Below are positions 9,326-18,600 of a stretch of 59,448 nt of DNA, one piece after another. Within the stretch, counting starts at the first letter, position 1. Each line of letters starts with the position of its first letter. The position numbers and the translations under genes were made by a program. The stretch lies in IMG/VR virus record IMGVR_UViG_3300045988_164453; one strand, written 5' to 3'. This DNA is from a virus. The notes under the pieces were generated by a model. The model was given only the letters and a program-made list of their open reading frames with translations, was not told where the DNA came from and made no database searches.

Positions 9326-9383
9326 GGCTGGCATTTATTTTGGGTTGGCTGCATTATGTGAATTATTAAGACATCTTATATAA

Positions 9384-9418
9384 TAAAAAGCCCAGGATAC
9401 TCTTTCCTTGGCTTTTTC
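9384..9418. terminator. Bidirectional hairpin terminator
   Basis: AAGCCCAGGA / TCCTTGGCTT stem (one mismatch) flanked by an A-run and a T-run. Confidence 0.55.
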
Positions 9419-9424
9419 TTTTGT

Positions 9425-9595
9425 TTAATCTTCTTTATTTATTTCTTTTAGCATTTCTTTCCTTAGAACTTGTTTTATATAGTTGCTTTTGCCATACACT
9501 TCAAATTTACGTTGGAGCCAATCTAAAAGCATGGTATCATCAAGTGTGTTCTTTTTAAATGAAATATTGATTATAGTTGGTTTTTCTTTTGCCAT
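9425..9595 (-). CDS. Small protein (56 aa), possible ribbon-helix-helix regulator
   Basis: MAKEKPTIINISFKKNTLDDTMLLDWLQRKF...; GAGGTGAG RBS; terminator directly downstream; not in ORF track. Confidence 0.45.
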   Translation of the reverse strand: MAKEKPTIINISFKKNTLDDTMLLDWLQRKFEVYGKSNYIKQVLRKEMLKEINKED

Positions 9596-9822
9596 AATCT
9601 CACCTCACTAATTTTTATTCAATTATTACCTAAAAAATGTATAATTTATATATTATTTATTTTTTCTTGAAATCCTCTATTTATTTTCTTTGTATAAATA
9701 TATGCAATTCTTCTATAAGTGTTACATAAAATTATTTAAAAATTATTTAAAATTTATATAAATTTATGCAATTTTTATATAACTCTTGCATATATATAAG
9801 TAAATAAAAAATTAAGGGGGAT

Positions 9823-9966
9823 ATGAAAATGAAAGAAATGTTAGAAAAGACTAGCATGGAAATGTTAAAAGAATACTTCTATGATGCAAGAGGATATTAT
9901 CCGGGAGATGAATTTACTAAGGAAGAACTTGTAAATATAATATTAAAAGACATGGAGGGTAAATAA
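9823..9966 (+). CDS. Hypothetical small protein (47 aa)
   Basis: AAGGGGG RBS; its stop abuts the ATG of the next ORF. Confidence 0.45.
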   Translation: MKMKEMLEKTSMEMLKEYFYDARGYYPGDEFTKEELVNIILKDMEGK

Positions 9967-10173
9967 ATGAATAATTTTCAAGTTAGTTGGATAAATAATG
10001 AAGGTTTAGAACTATATAGTGGTTGGACTGATTATGTAAGTGCAATTAATCTATTTAGAGAAATTTGTAAGGAAAAAGTTGATATTGACCAAGTAGAAGC
10101 AAGATTTTGGGGAGAAAATGATATTCTTCTAAAGAGATACAATAATATAGAAAATAAATATTATAATTGCTAA
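9967..10173 (+). CDS. Hypothetical protein (68 aa)
   Basis: ORF-track entry, coupled to the upstream small ORF. Confidence 0.5.
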   Translation: MNNFQVSWINNEGLELYSGWTDYVSAINLFREICKEKVDIDQVEARFWGENDILLKRYNNIENKYYNC

Positions 10174-10308
10174 TAAAGGAAAGGCTAGGGATTGACTTCT
10201 CTAGTCTTTTTATGTCGAACGATTATTGGAATATTTTTTAAAATATAGTTGACGGCTTTTTCCTTAAGGACTACCATTATAGTATAAATAGTAAAGGAGG
10301 TGATAGAG

Positions 10309-10452
10309 ATGAAAGATAAAGAAAAAAAGATAACAGTTAGAGTTAGCCCTGAACTTTATAAAAAGTTTAAGATAAAACTTTTAGAAAATGAACGGACGAT
10401 GAAAGAAGTTGTAACAGAATTCATAATTAAATATGTTGATGAAAGCAAATAA
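10309..10452 (+). CDS. Ribbon-helix-helix (CopG/Arc-like) small protein (47 aa)
   Basis: MKDKEKKITVRVSPELYKKFKIKLLENERTMKEVVTEFIIKYV; AAAGGAGGTG RBS. Confidence 0.55.
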   Translation: MKDKEKKITVRVSPELYKKFKIKLLENERTMKEVVTEFIIKYVDESK

Positions 10453-10570
10453 AAAGATACCCTACCGCCCTAGGAAAGCATAGGATATCTTAAACAAATG
10501 GAGACTTAATCAAAATCTCTATTTACATTATAACAGTCTCCAAGATAAAAAACAATTGGAGGTTTAGAGT

Positions 10571-11377
10571 ATGAAAGATTTAATACCAGTAAAATTTAAT
10601 GAAGAGGTAGTTATAACTACTAAAATGTTAGCAGATGTTTATGAGACTGAAGAAATAAGAATACAACAAAATTTCAATAGCAACCAAGAAAAATTCAAAG
10701 AAGGAAAACATTACTATAAACTACAAGGCAATGATTTAAAGGAATTCAAAAGGGTACTAGTTAAAAACGAAGACCCTTTATATCAAGAAATTAAATTTGC
10801 TTCAGTCTTAATACTTTGGACTAAACGAGGTGCTAGTAGACATTGTAAAATGTTAGGAACTGATAAAGCATGGGAAATGTTCGATACATTAGAAGAAAAT
10901 TATTTCAACCCAAAACCACAATTAACAAAACACGACCAAGCAATATTAAATATAATCAATTCAAGAACAGACCTAGAAAAAGCCATAGCAATCAAAGATT
11001 TTGAAAAAGTAGTAACTGAACCACTACAAGATGAAATAAAAGTATTAAAACCTAAAGCACATTATACAGATATAATTTTACAAAATAAAGGATTAATCAA
11101 AGTAACATCAATAGCAAAAGATTATGGAATATCTGCTCAAGAGTTTAATAAATTACTTTGTGATTTTAAAATACAATATAGATTAGGCAATCAATGGTTT
11201 TTATATAAAAAATATCAAAATAAGGGATATACTCATTCTGAAACAGTAAATTACAAACATAAAGATGGTAGAGATGATGTGAGTATTATAACTAAATGGA
11301 CTCAAAAGGGAAGATTATTCTTGTATGAGTTTTTAAAAGAAAAAGATATTTTACCTATAATAGAAAAAGATTTATAA
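10571..11377 (+). CDS. Antirepressor-type protein (ORF6N/KilA-N-like N-terminus plus KilAC C-terminus)
   Basis: N-terminal VVITTKMLADVYETEEIRIQQNFNSNQEKFKEGKHYYKL; C-terminal VTSIAKDYGISAQEFNKLL...KWTQKGRLFLYEFL. Confidence 0.7.
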   Translation: MKDLIPVKFNEEVVITTKMLADVYETEEIRIQQNFNSNQEKFKEGKHYYKLQGNDLKEFKRVLVKNEDPLYQEIKFASVLILWTKRGASRHCKMLGTDKAWEMFDTLEENYFNPKPQLTKHDQAILNIINSRTDLEKAIAIKDFEKVVTEPLQDEIKVLKPKAHYTDIILQNKGLIKVTSIAKDYGISAQEFNKLLCDFKIQYRLGNQWFLYKKYQNKGYTHSETVNYKHKDGRDDVSIITKWTQKGRLFLYEFLKEKDILPIIEKDL

Positions 11378-11426
11378 AATTAAAGTAGACTACTCTTTTG
11401 AGTAGTCTATGGAAAGGATGATAGTT

Positions 11427-12425
11427 ATGAATATACCTTATGTATTTAAGAAATGTAGTAAATGTGGTGAATGGTTGGTAGCAAGTACAGTTAATTTTAA
11501 AAAAGCAAAAGCAGGAAAATATAAATTATATTCTAAATGTAAAATGTGCGAAAGAGAATATCGTTTAAAAAATCAAGGCTATATGCAACAATATTATCAA
11601 AATAATAAAGATAAAATTAAATATCAACAAAAAAAATACTATGAAAAACATAAAAAAGATATTCTCAATAAAAATAAAGAATACCGTAATAAAAACAAAG
11701 AAAAAATATCTGAATATGAAAAAAATTATAGGATACAAAATCATGAACACATTTTGAAACGTAATAGACAGCACTATCAGAATAATAAAGAATCTATATT
11801 AAAACAACATAAACAATATTATGAAGCTAATAAAAATACTATTTTACTTCAACATAAACAATATTATGAAAAACATAAAGAACATTTATCCGAATGTAAA
11901 AAACAATATTATGAAAAACATAAAGAACATTTATCCGAGTATTACAAAGACTATTATAATAAAAATAAAGAAAAAATATCTGAATATAAAAAAAGATATA
12001 ATGAACAAAACAAAGAATATATTAGAGAATATGATAAACAAAGAAATAAAACATTAAAAAGAAAAATATGTAAATTTAATTCCACTTCTAAAAGAAGATT
12101 AAAGGAAGAAAATCAAGGTAATGGTATAAAACAAAATCAGTGGTTAGAAATGATGGATTACTTCGATTGGAAATGTGCTTATAGTAATGTAGATCTAACA
12201 AAAGAAAACAGAAGCATAGACCATATAAAACCAATTAGTTTAGGTGGAGAACATGAAATTTGGAATGTCGCTCCAATGTTAAAAAACTATAATTATCAAA
12301 AACAAGATAAAAAAATGCTTCAATGGTACAAAAAACAAGACTTCTTTAGTGAAGAAAGATTACAAAAGATATATGAGTGGCAAGAATACGCATATAATAA
12401 GTGGCATAAAAATGAAAGAATATAA
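11427..12425 (+). CDS. HNH endonuclease with N-terminal zinc ribbon and ten tandem 15-aa Lys/Tyr-rich repeats
   Basis: CSKCGEW...CKMC; repeats KxYYxxNKExIxxxx; C-terminal IDHIKPISLGGEHEIWNVAPMLKNYN. The probable ATG at 11427 follows AAAGGA. Confidence 0.75.
   Translation: MNIPYVFKKCSKCGEWLVASTVNFKKAKAGKYKLYSKCKMCEREYRLKNQGYMQQYYQNNKDKIKYQQKKYYEKHKKDILNKNKEYRNKNKEKISEYEKNYRIQNHEHILKRNRQHYQNNKESILKQHKQYYEANKNTILLQHKQYYEKHKEHLSECKKQYYEKHKEHLSEYYKDYYNKNKEKISEYKKRYNEQNKEYIREYDKQRNKTLKRKICKFNSTSKRRLKEENQGNGIKQNQWLEMMDYFDWKCAYSNVDLTKENRSIDHIKPISLGGEHEIWNVAPMLKNYNYQKQDKKMLQWYKKQDFFSEERLQKIYEWQEYAYNKWHKNERI
11856..11938 (+). repeat. Near-perfect 45-nt tandem duplication inside the HNH repeat array
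   Basis: aaacaatattatgaaaaacataaagaacatttatccga occurs at 11856 and again at 11901. Confidence 0.9.
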
Positions 12426-12439
12426 AGGGGTTGTTATTC

Positions 12440-12700
12440 ATGAGCAGATTAAAAAATATTACGTATGTTTATTTTAGTGGAGATGATAAACTTGAAAACT
12501 TAAAAAAAGAGGCTGAGATATTTCAAAAAACATTCCCTAATGTTGGTCTTAAATATAAAATAGAACGTTATTTTAAACATCGTAATTATACTTCATATAC
12601 AGTTGGAATATATGCTAAAAATCCATCACCAATTATTGAGTTTTTTATTATGGGATTAAATCCATATATATTATCATTTGAACCAAAATATTATAAATGA
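12440..12700 (+). CDS. Hypothetical protein (86 aa)
   Basis: ATG at 12440 after AAGGGG. Confidence 0.5.
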   Translation: MSRLKNITYVYFSGDDKLENLKKEAEIFQKTFPNVGLKYKIERYFKHRNYTSYTVGIYAKNPSPIIEFFIMGLNPYILSFEPKYYK

Positions 12701-12780
12701 TAGTATAGTCTACAAAGAGGAAATTGTCAAATAAAATAGAATTCTAAAATATATAAATAAACAAGTTAGAGGTGAAATAA

Positions 12781-13080
12781 ATGGATAAAGAAAAGCAAAG
12801 AAAAAATATATTCAATTATTTAATGGCTAATGAAACAACATTAGTGGCTGCTGCAAATATGATTAACAGTTGGGGAGGAAAAATATACGACCTATATGAT
12901 TGCGAAACCTTTGAAGAAAAAGTAGAATGCTGCAAAATATATATAGGGTCTGTTATTTTTTACTTAGAATGTATATGGCGACATAAAGACAGTAATGCGG
13001 AGTATTTAGAAGTATGGGGTTTTGATGAAGATGATGGGAATTTGGAATTAATGCTAACGGAGTTAATAGAAGCAAAATAG
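12781..13080 (+). CDS. Hypothetical acidic protein (99 aa)
   Basis: AGAGGTG RBS; no recognisable motif. Confidence 0.55.
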   Translation: MDKEKQRKNIFNYLMANETTLVAAANMINSWGGKIYDLYDCETFEEKVECCKIYIGSVIFYLECIWRHKDSNAEYLEVWGFDEDDGNLELMLTELIEAK

Positions 13081-13116
13081 AATTCTAAAATATAAATTAT
13101 TAAGGGGGATGTTAGT

Positions 13117-13650
13117 ATGAAAGGTTTATTAAACAAATTTAAAGAAATGAGTACTAAAGGTAAAATAGCAACTATTATAGGTATATTATTTATAATAGGT
13201 GTATTTGGAGGTTCAGGAGAAGAAAAAAACACTACTGAAACATCATCTACTAAACAAGAGGAAACAGTTGAAGAAAAATATACTACTCAATATTTAACTG
13301 ACCAAGGTAAGCAGGCTATAAAAAATTCTAAAGAGTATGATTATAAAGTAATAACTGAATGGACACCTTTAATGAGTGATTATATAGACAATAAAGTAAA
13401 AGTATCAGGAACAGTTGAACAATTATATTTAGATAATACAATGACAAAATTCCTTTTGAATATAAAAGATAATAATACACCTTTTCCAGTAGAAATAAAA
13501 ATACCTAGTTCTAATATAGATGTAGAATTTAAAGAAGGAGATACAATAACTGTAAATGGTCGATTTGAAGGTCCAATGACAGATGAATACAATGGTAAAA
13601 AGTTTAGTTATTGGACAATAAGCGCTTATTATTTAGAAATAGATAAATAA
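13117..13650 (+). CDS. Membrane-anchored or secreted protein (177 aa)
   Basis: N-terminal helix IATIIGILFIIGVFGGSG followed by a Thr/Glu-rich linker; AAGGGGGA RBS. Confidence 0.6.
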   Translation: MKGLLNKFKEMSTKGKIATIIGILFIIGVFGGSGEEKNTTETSSTKQEETVEEKYTTQYLTDQGKQAIKNSKEYDYKVITEWTPLMSDYIDNKVKVSGTVEQLYLDNTMTKFLLNIKDNNTPFPVEIKIPSSNIDVEFKEGDTITVNGRFEGPMTDEYNGKKFSYWTISAYYLEIDK

Positions 13651-13657
13651 AAATAAA

Positions 13658-13692
13658 GCTGGTAAGGAAATTAATCCCTACCAGCCTTTTTA
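13658..13692. terminator. Bidirectional terminator between the convergent moron island and the endolysin gene
   Basis: GCTGGTAAGG / CCCTACCAGC stem followed by a T-run. Confidence 0.7.
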
Positions 13693-14571
13693 TTATACTT
13701 TCTTTACATATTTATCAGATGCAGTTATGTAAAGTCCTGATTCTAAGCGATACATAGGAGTATTCCCATTTTTAGCATCTACTGTATCTATTACTTGTAG
13801 ATGTTGCCCCTTCTTAACTGTTGTAACTGGATCTGCATCCCAATCTGCTACTTTTCTTATATTAAGTTTATCAAGTGTTATTATTTCAAATTTCTTTGTA
13901 GTTGCTTTAGTTTCTTCCTTCTTAGGTTCTGCTTTTTCCCCTTCTACATAGTTCTTTACATCTTTTATGAAATGAGCAAACCCATCAGGAGAACATCCAT
14001 ATCCCCAAAATGCAGTGCCTGGACAAGTTTTAGCACTTCTTGAAGGATTATATTTTCCTAAGTAAGTACCACCGGCAGTAAACCAACAATGAGGTCTTAT
14101 ATGTGAAGTATTTACCGGTATGTCAAATCTCTTACATAATTCACCATAAAGATATATTACTGCCTTCTTTTGTGCAGCGGTTATTTTATCGTGTCCTTTG
14201 TCGAAACAACCGTATATTTCTATGCAGATGGCATTTGTATTCCAACCTCTAATACCAATTGGAGTACTATTCAAATTACGTCCAGTTGTTATTTTACCGT
14301 CAGGAAAAACATTAAAGTGTTGTGCAATATAATGACCATGTCCATCATTATAATGCCATTTACTTTTTCCATAAGAATCTAAAGATTGAGTTCTTCCAAA
14401 ATGTGGTTCGGCAAATACTTTTTTATCTGTTTTTTCCCACGTACTGTAGCTAGGCATATCCATATGATGTACTTGTAATTTTGTTATTGTTCTACTTACG
14501 TGTTGTTTTGCTAACCAATTTTTAACATCTTTTTCATTTTCTAATAATGTAAAACCATTTTTAGTCTTCAT
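13693..14571 (-). CDS. Endolysin: N-acetylmuramoyl-L-alanine amidase (Amidase_2/PGRP type) with C-terminal SH3b-like domain
   Basis: 292 aa; LQVHHMDMPS, NAICIEIYG and HIRPHCW...KTCPG motifs; C-terminal LNIRKVADWDADPVTTVKKGQHLQVID. Confidence 0.8.
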   Translation of the reverse strand: MKTKNGFTLLENEKDVKNWLAKQHVSRTITKLQVHHMDMPSYSTWEKTDKKVFAEPHFGRTQSLDSYGKSKWHYNDGHGHYIAQHFNVFPDGKITTGRNLNSTPIGIRGWNTNAICIEIYGCFDKGHDKITAAQKKAVIYLYGELCKRFDIPVNTSHIRPHCWFTAGGTYLGKYNPSRSAKTCPGTAFWGYGCSPDGFAHFIKDVKNYVEGEKAEPKKEETKATTKKFEIITLDKLNIRKVADWDADPVTTVKKGQHLQVIDTVDAKNGNTPMYRLESGLYITASDKYVKKV

Positions 14572-14831
14572 TATTTATCATCTCCTATTAACTCTTTAAA
14601 TACTTGATGAAGCCCTGTAGATGCTAGTCCACTAAATAAACCACCTAATAATACTCCTGGATTGATTGTATGAGTTATCCAAATGTTTAATATAACGCCT
14701 AAAATAGCCATAATTAAAGGGATATACTTATTGTCTATACTAGAAAAACTAGTTTTAATAACATATCCCACGCACAAACATATACCAACTATTACTGGTA
14801 CTGCATATTCACTTATAAAACTTAAATCCAT
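14571..14831 (-). CDS. Holin
   Basis: 86 aa, hydrophobic helices and a charged C-terminus (KELIGDDK); immediately upstream of the endolysin with an overlapping stop/start. Confidence 0.75.
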   Translation of the reverse strand: MDLSFISEYAVPVIVGICLCVGYVIKTSFSSIDNKYIPLIMAILGVILNIWITHTINPGVLLGGLFSGLASTGLHQVFKELIGDDK

Positions 14832-14832
14832 A

Positions 14833-15057
14833 TTATCTCTCTCCTTTATTTTCTAATTCCTTTATTTTTTCTTCAACAACACTCATTCTACTTATAAGAT
14901 TATTATGACGATCTACCCTGTTTGATAAAATTTGTATATCTTCTTTTAAATCTTTTATTTTCTCATTAATTACTGCTGTATTTTTATTATTAGAAAAATA
15001 CGAACCAGCCAATGTTCCTATTAATGCTAGTATTGCAACAATTACTTCTGTGCTCAT
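14833..15057 (-). CDS. XhlA-like membrane-anchored coiled-coil lysis accessory protein (74 aa)
   Basis: N-terminal TM VIVAILALIGTLAGSYF followed by a heptad coiled coil; ATG at 15057 after GAGGTG. Confidence 0.5.
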   Translation of the reverse strand: MSTEVIVAILALIGTLAGSYFSNNKNTAVINEKIKDLKEDIQILSNRVDRHNNLISRMSVVEEKIKELENKGER

Positions 15058-15074
15058 AGACAACACCTCTATTC

Positions 15075-15347
15075 TTAACTATGTTTAACTCTATCCTTGA
15101 GTTCATTCAATTTTGCATCATTAAATTGTTTCACTTCTGAAAGATAGCCTGTAATTCTGCGAATTCTTTGGAATGGAATTGGAACTACTTCATATTTCAA
15201 ATCAACATAATCTCCATCCAATTTTACAATTAAACTTTTAATTTGTTGCCCTGGATTTTTCTTTTGAACATAATCTATATATGCTTGTTTCTCCCTTTCA
15301 TCTAATTCTACTGTACATCCTTGTTCATTCCAGCAATGAAAATCCAT
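15075..15347 (-). CDS. 90-aa protein resembling the C-terminal glycyl-radical segment of class III ribonucleotide reductase NrdD
   Basis: RRITGYLSEVKQFNDAKLNELKDRVKHS compared with the remembered NrdD pattern R-[IV]-C-G-Y-L..FN.GK..E...R..H. Confidence 0.45.
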   Translation of the reverse strand: MDFHCWNEQGCTVELDEREKQAYIDYVQKKNPGQQIKSLIVKLDGDYVDLKYEVVPIPFQRIRRITGYLSEVKQFNDAKLNELKDRVKHS

Positions 15348-15406
15348 AATATCACCCCTTTTTTACATTAAAAAAGGACCTAAAATTAATTAAGTCCTTT
15401 AACTTT

Positions 15407-15505
15407 CTATATTGATTTATAAAGTACAATTATCCCTATTATAGACAGAATACCTATTAATATGCCTATTAAACATAATACTAACGCTATATATAATAAA
15501 GCCAT
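15407..15505 (-). CDS. 32-aa hydrophobic peptide
   Basis: MALLYIALVLCLIGILIGILSIIGIIVLYKSI; AGGAG RBS; a hairpin follows. Confidence 0.4.
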   Translation of the reverse strand: MALLYIALVLCLIGILIGILSIIGIIVLYKSI

Positions 15506-15614
15506 GCCAACACTCCTTTTTATTACAAAGTATTAACATGACTTCATTTTTATAAACATATTTCTTACGCAATTGATTCAAATTGTGCAGTTCATAATAT
15601 TTTTATATTGCGAA

Positions 15615-18600
15615 CTATTCTGTTATATTTCTAATAATTAAATTGTTATAAGTAGCATTACTTAAATTATCTCCTTGTTTTGCACCTATTTGAATGGACT
15701 TCAATTTAGCGAAATTACTCATATACGAAGCATACGCGCCAACTTTATTTCCGGCATATCCAGTAACTAAATCATCATTCACATATAGACCATTTTTATT
15801 TAATCTTATATTTAAATTAAAATCATTTAATGCTATTACACTTCTTGCAAAAGCGCCTTTATCATCTGTAAAGTTAATTTGCAATTCTTTACTTGCTTGG
15901 TCATAATACATATGCATATTACATCCTGCCCAATTGGCTATATCATTACCTGCACTAAATATTACTTCATTTACATTTTTACAAGTTGCTAAATCTATTT
16001 CACAATAAATTTCCTTACTATTCCCATCAAATTCACCATCGTATAAACTAATTCGAGAAGTTCCGTTTCCGTGAACAGGTGTAAAAGAAGAAGTTGCTGT
16101 TGCATTAGCAGTTATAACTATATTTCCAGTAACAGAATTAATTGTTATTACTCCATTAGAGTATGATGTAGATGTTATATCTACTCCTCCCATAGTAACT
16201 GTTACATTTCCTAGTTTGTAATTAATATTTGCAGTTATAGTAGCTAAATAATTACCATTCTCTTTTATTGTAGTAGATACATTTGAATTTATACAGTTAG
16301 TTAAGTTATTAGTTATGGTATAGTTTTTAACAGTCCCAGGATAATCGTATATAGTTGGTTTTGTAGCATCTATAAAACTTTGTTTAGTTTTTTGAGTTAA
16401 TGTTGTTTTATCTCCTTTTACTACAGTTATTGATTTTTCTGATAAATTATCACCATTTGCTTTTATAATCATATTTCCCCTTACACCATTATGTTTTACA
16501 ACACATAAAACTTTTCCGTTAAATGCTGATTTTATATTTATTCTATATTTTTCAACACAAGTAGCATCACCATTATCTGTACCTACAATTGTTCCGCCTT
16601 CTACAGTAAAAGTAATTTTATTGTTTGCAGTTGGTACAATTACTCCATTTTTATCTACTATATCACAAGTTATAAATACTAAATCATCTGAACCTATATT
16701 AACATTTGTTTTGTCAGTGGATAATTTGACTGTTGTTGGTGTACCTTGAGAAGTATATATTATATCTTGTGCTACAATATCGCCACTTTGATTATATCCA
16801 TTAGCAACTAGAGTTCCTTTTGTATATGTGACAGAATATTCAAATTGATATTTATTACCTATCCCAGTTTGTAATTTTTCACCTAAACTTTTACCATTTA
16901 AAAATAATCCTACTTTATAACAATTTGAATATAACCAAACTTTTATATTCCCATCTGTCCAATCCCAATGTGGCAAAATATGTACCATTGGATTGTTAGT
17001 CCATCTTGATTGATACATATACATTATATCCTTTGGAAAACCGCAGGTATCATAGATTCCAAAATAACTAGATTTAGTAGGATATTTATTAAATGGTGTA
17101 GGTTCTCCTATATAGTCAAACCCAGTCCATACAAACATACCTGCTAAATAATTAATATCTGTCATATGTTTTTTTAATTCTATGCTTGCATATTCACCCC
17201 AATTTACTTTGTCATCATCAAAACTAGAACATTGTTTATTAGTATTATCCCTAGCATAAACACCCCTAGATGATAAAGCTGAAGTTGTTTCAGAACCATA
17301 AATGGATTTGTTTGGTATGGCAGTTTTAACAGATGAATATTCGGATGATGAGCCATAATTTACTCCGATAACATCTAATAATTGCATACAATCTTGGGAT
17401 ATTGAATTGGTTGGAGTATCATCACCCATTGTGACCATTCTTTCATTATCAATAGCTTTTATCCAATTAATCATATTTTGCACGAACCCTGTAGCCGTAG
17501 CAGAATCATAAGATGAAGATGTTCTTATAATTTCATTTCCTATTGACCACATAATTATAGATGGGTTATTTTTATCTCTATTTATTGTATTGTCAATAAC
17601 TTCTTTTGCATGGCTGTTATAGTATCTAGCAAAATCATTTGATTTTTTAGCACAAGTCCAACAATCAAACATTTCTTCTATTGTTAATATTCCCTTTTCT
17701 GCACAAACATTTAAAAATTCAGAACTTCCTGGGTTATGAGTGATTCTAATTGCATTAACACCCATATCTATTAATAAATCAATTTGTCTTTCTATTGCTG
17801 ATTTATTTACTTCAGCTCCCAAACATCCTAAATCATGATGCATACATACACCTCTTAATTTAAGATTTTTACCATTAAGCCAAAATCCAGTATCTTTATC
17901 AAATTTAAAATATCTATATCCATATTTAGTTTCAGAAGAATGATAGATAACTTCTCCTTCTTTTACGTATGTTTTTAATGTATATAAATTTCCACTATAT
18001 TCGTCCCATAAAGTTGGATTATTTATCTGTATAGTATCTGTAACTGAATTACTTCCTATAGATAAAGTTATTTCTTTTGTATTTGATTTTACTAAAGAAT
18101 TATTAAAATATATTTCATTTACTAAATTTACAGTTTTGGCTGCAGTTGAGTTAATTTTTATATCTATTTTTGTATTTGCAATATTTGTTTTCACATCAGT
18201 TTCTAGTGTTGGAGTTGTTATTTTAATATCGTTTATTCCTATTTCAACATCATTTGCAGATACTAAATAAGCATTTCTTATTATACCACTTCCACTATAC
18301 CATCTTGAGCTAGGTTGTTGGTTTCTAACAAATACTGCTAATGTATCATTGTTATCATATTGTAAATAATCAGTTATTTCTACATAGAATGGATTATACC
18401 ATTTATTATCTTTCACTTTTGTTCCATTGATATATACATCACTTTCCATATAAATTCCATCAAAATAAATATATACTTTTTGACCTTCTAATTTAGCAGT
18501 CTTTAATTTAAATCTATACCAAGCATCTCCACCATCCAAATATCCACCTTCATACCCTGAAGGAGAACTAGAATTAAATGAATTATATATACTCCAGTCA

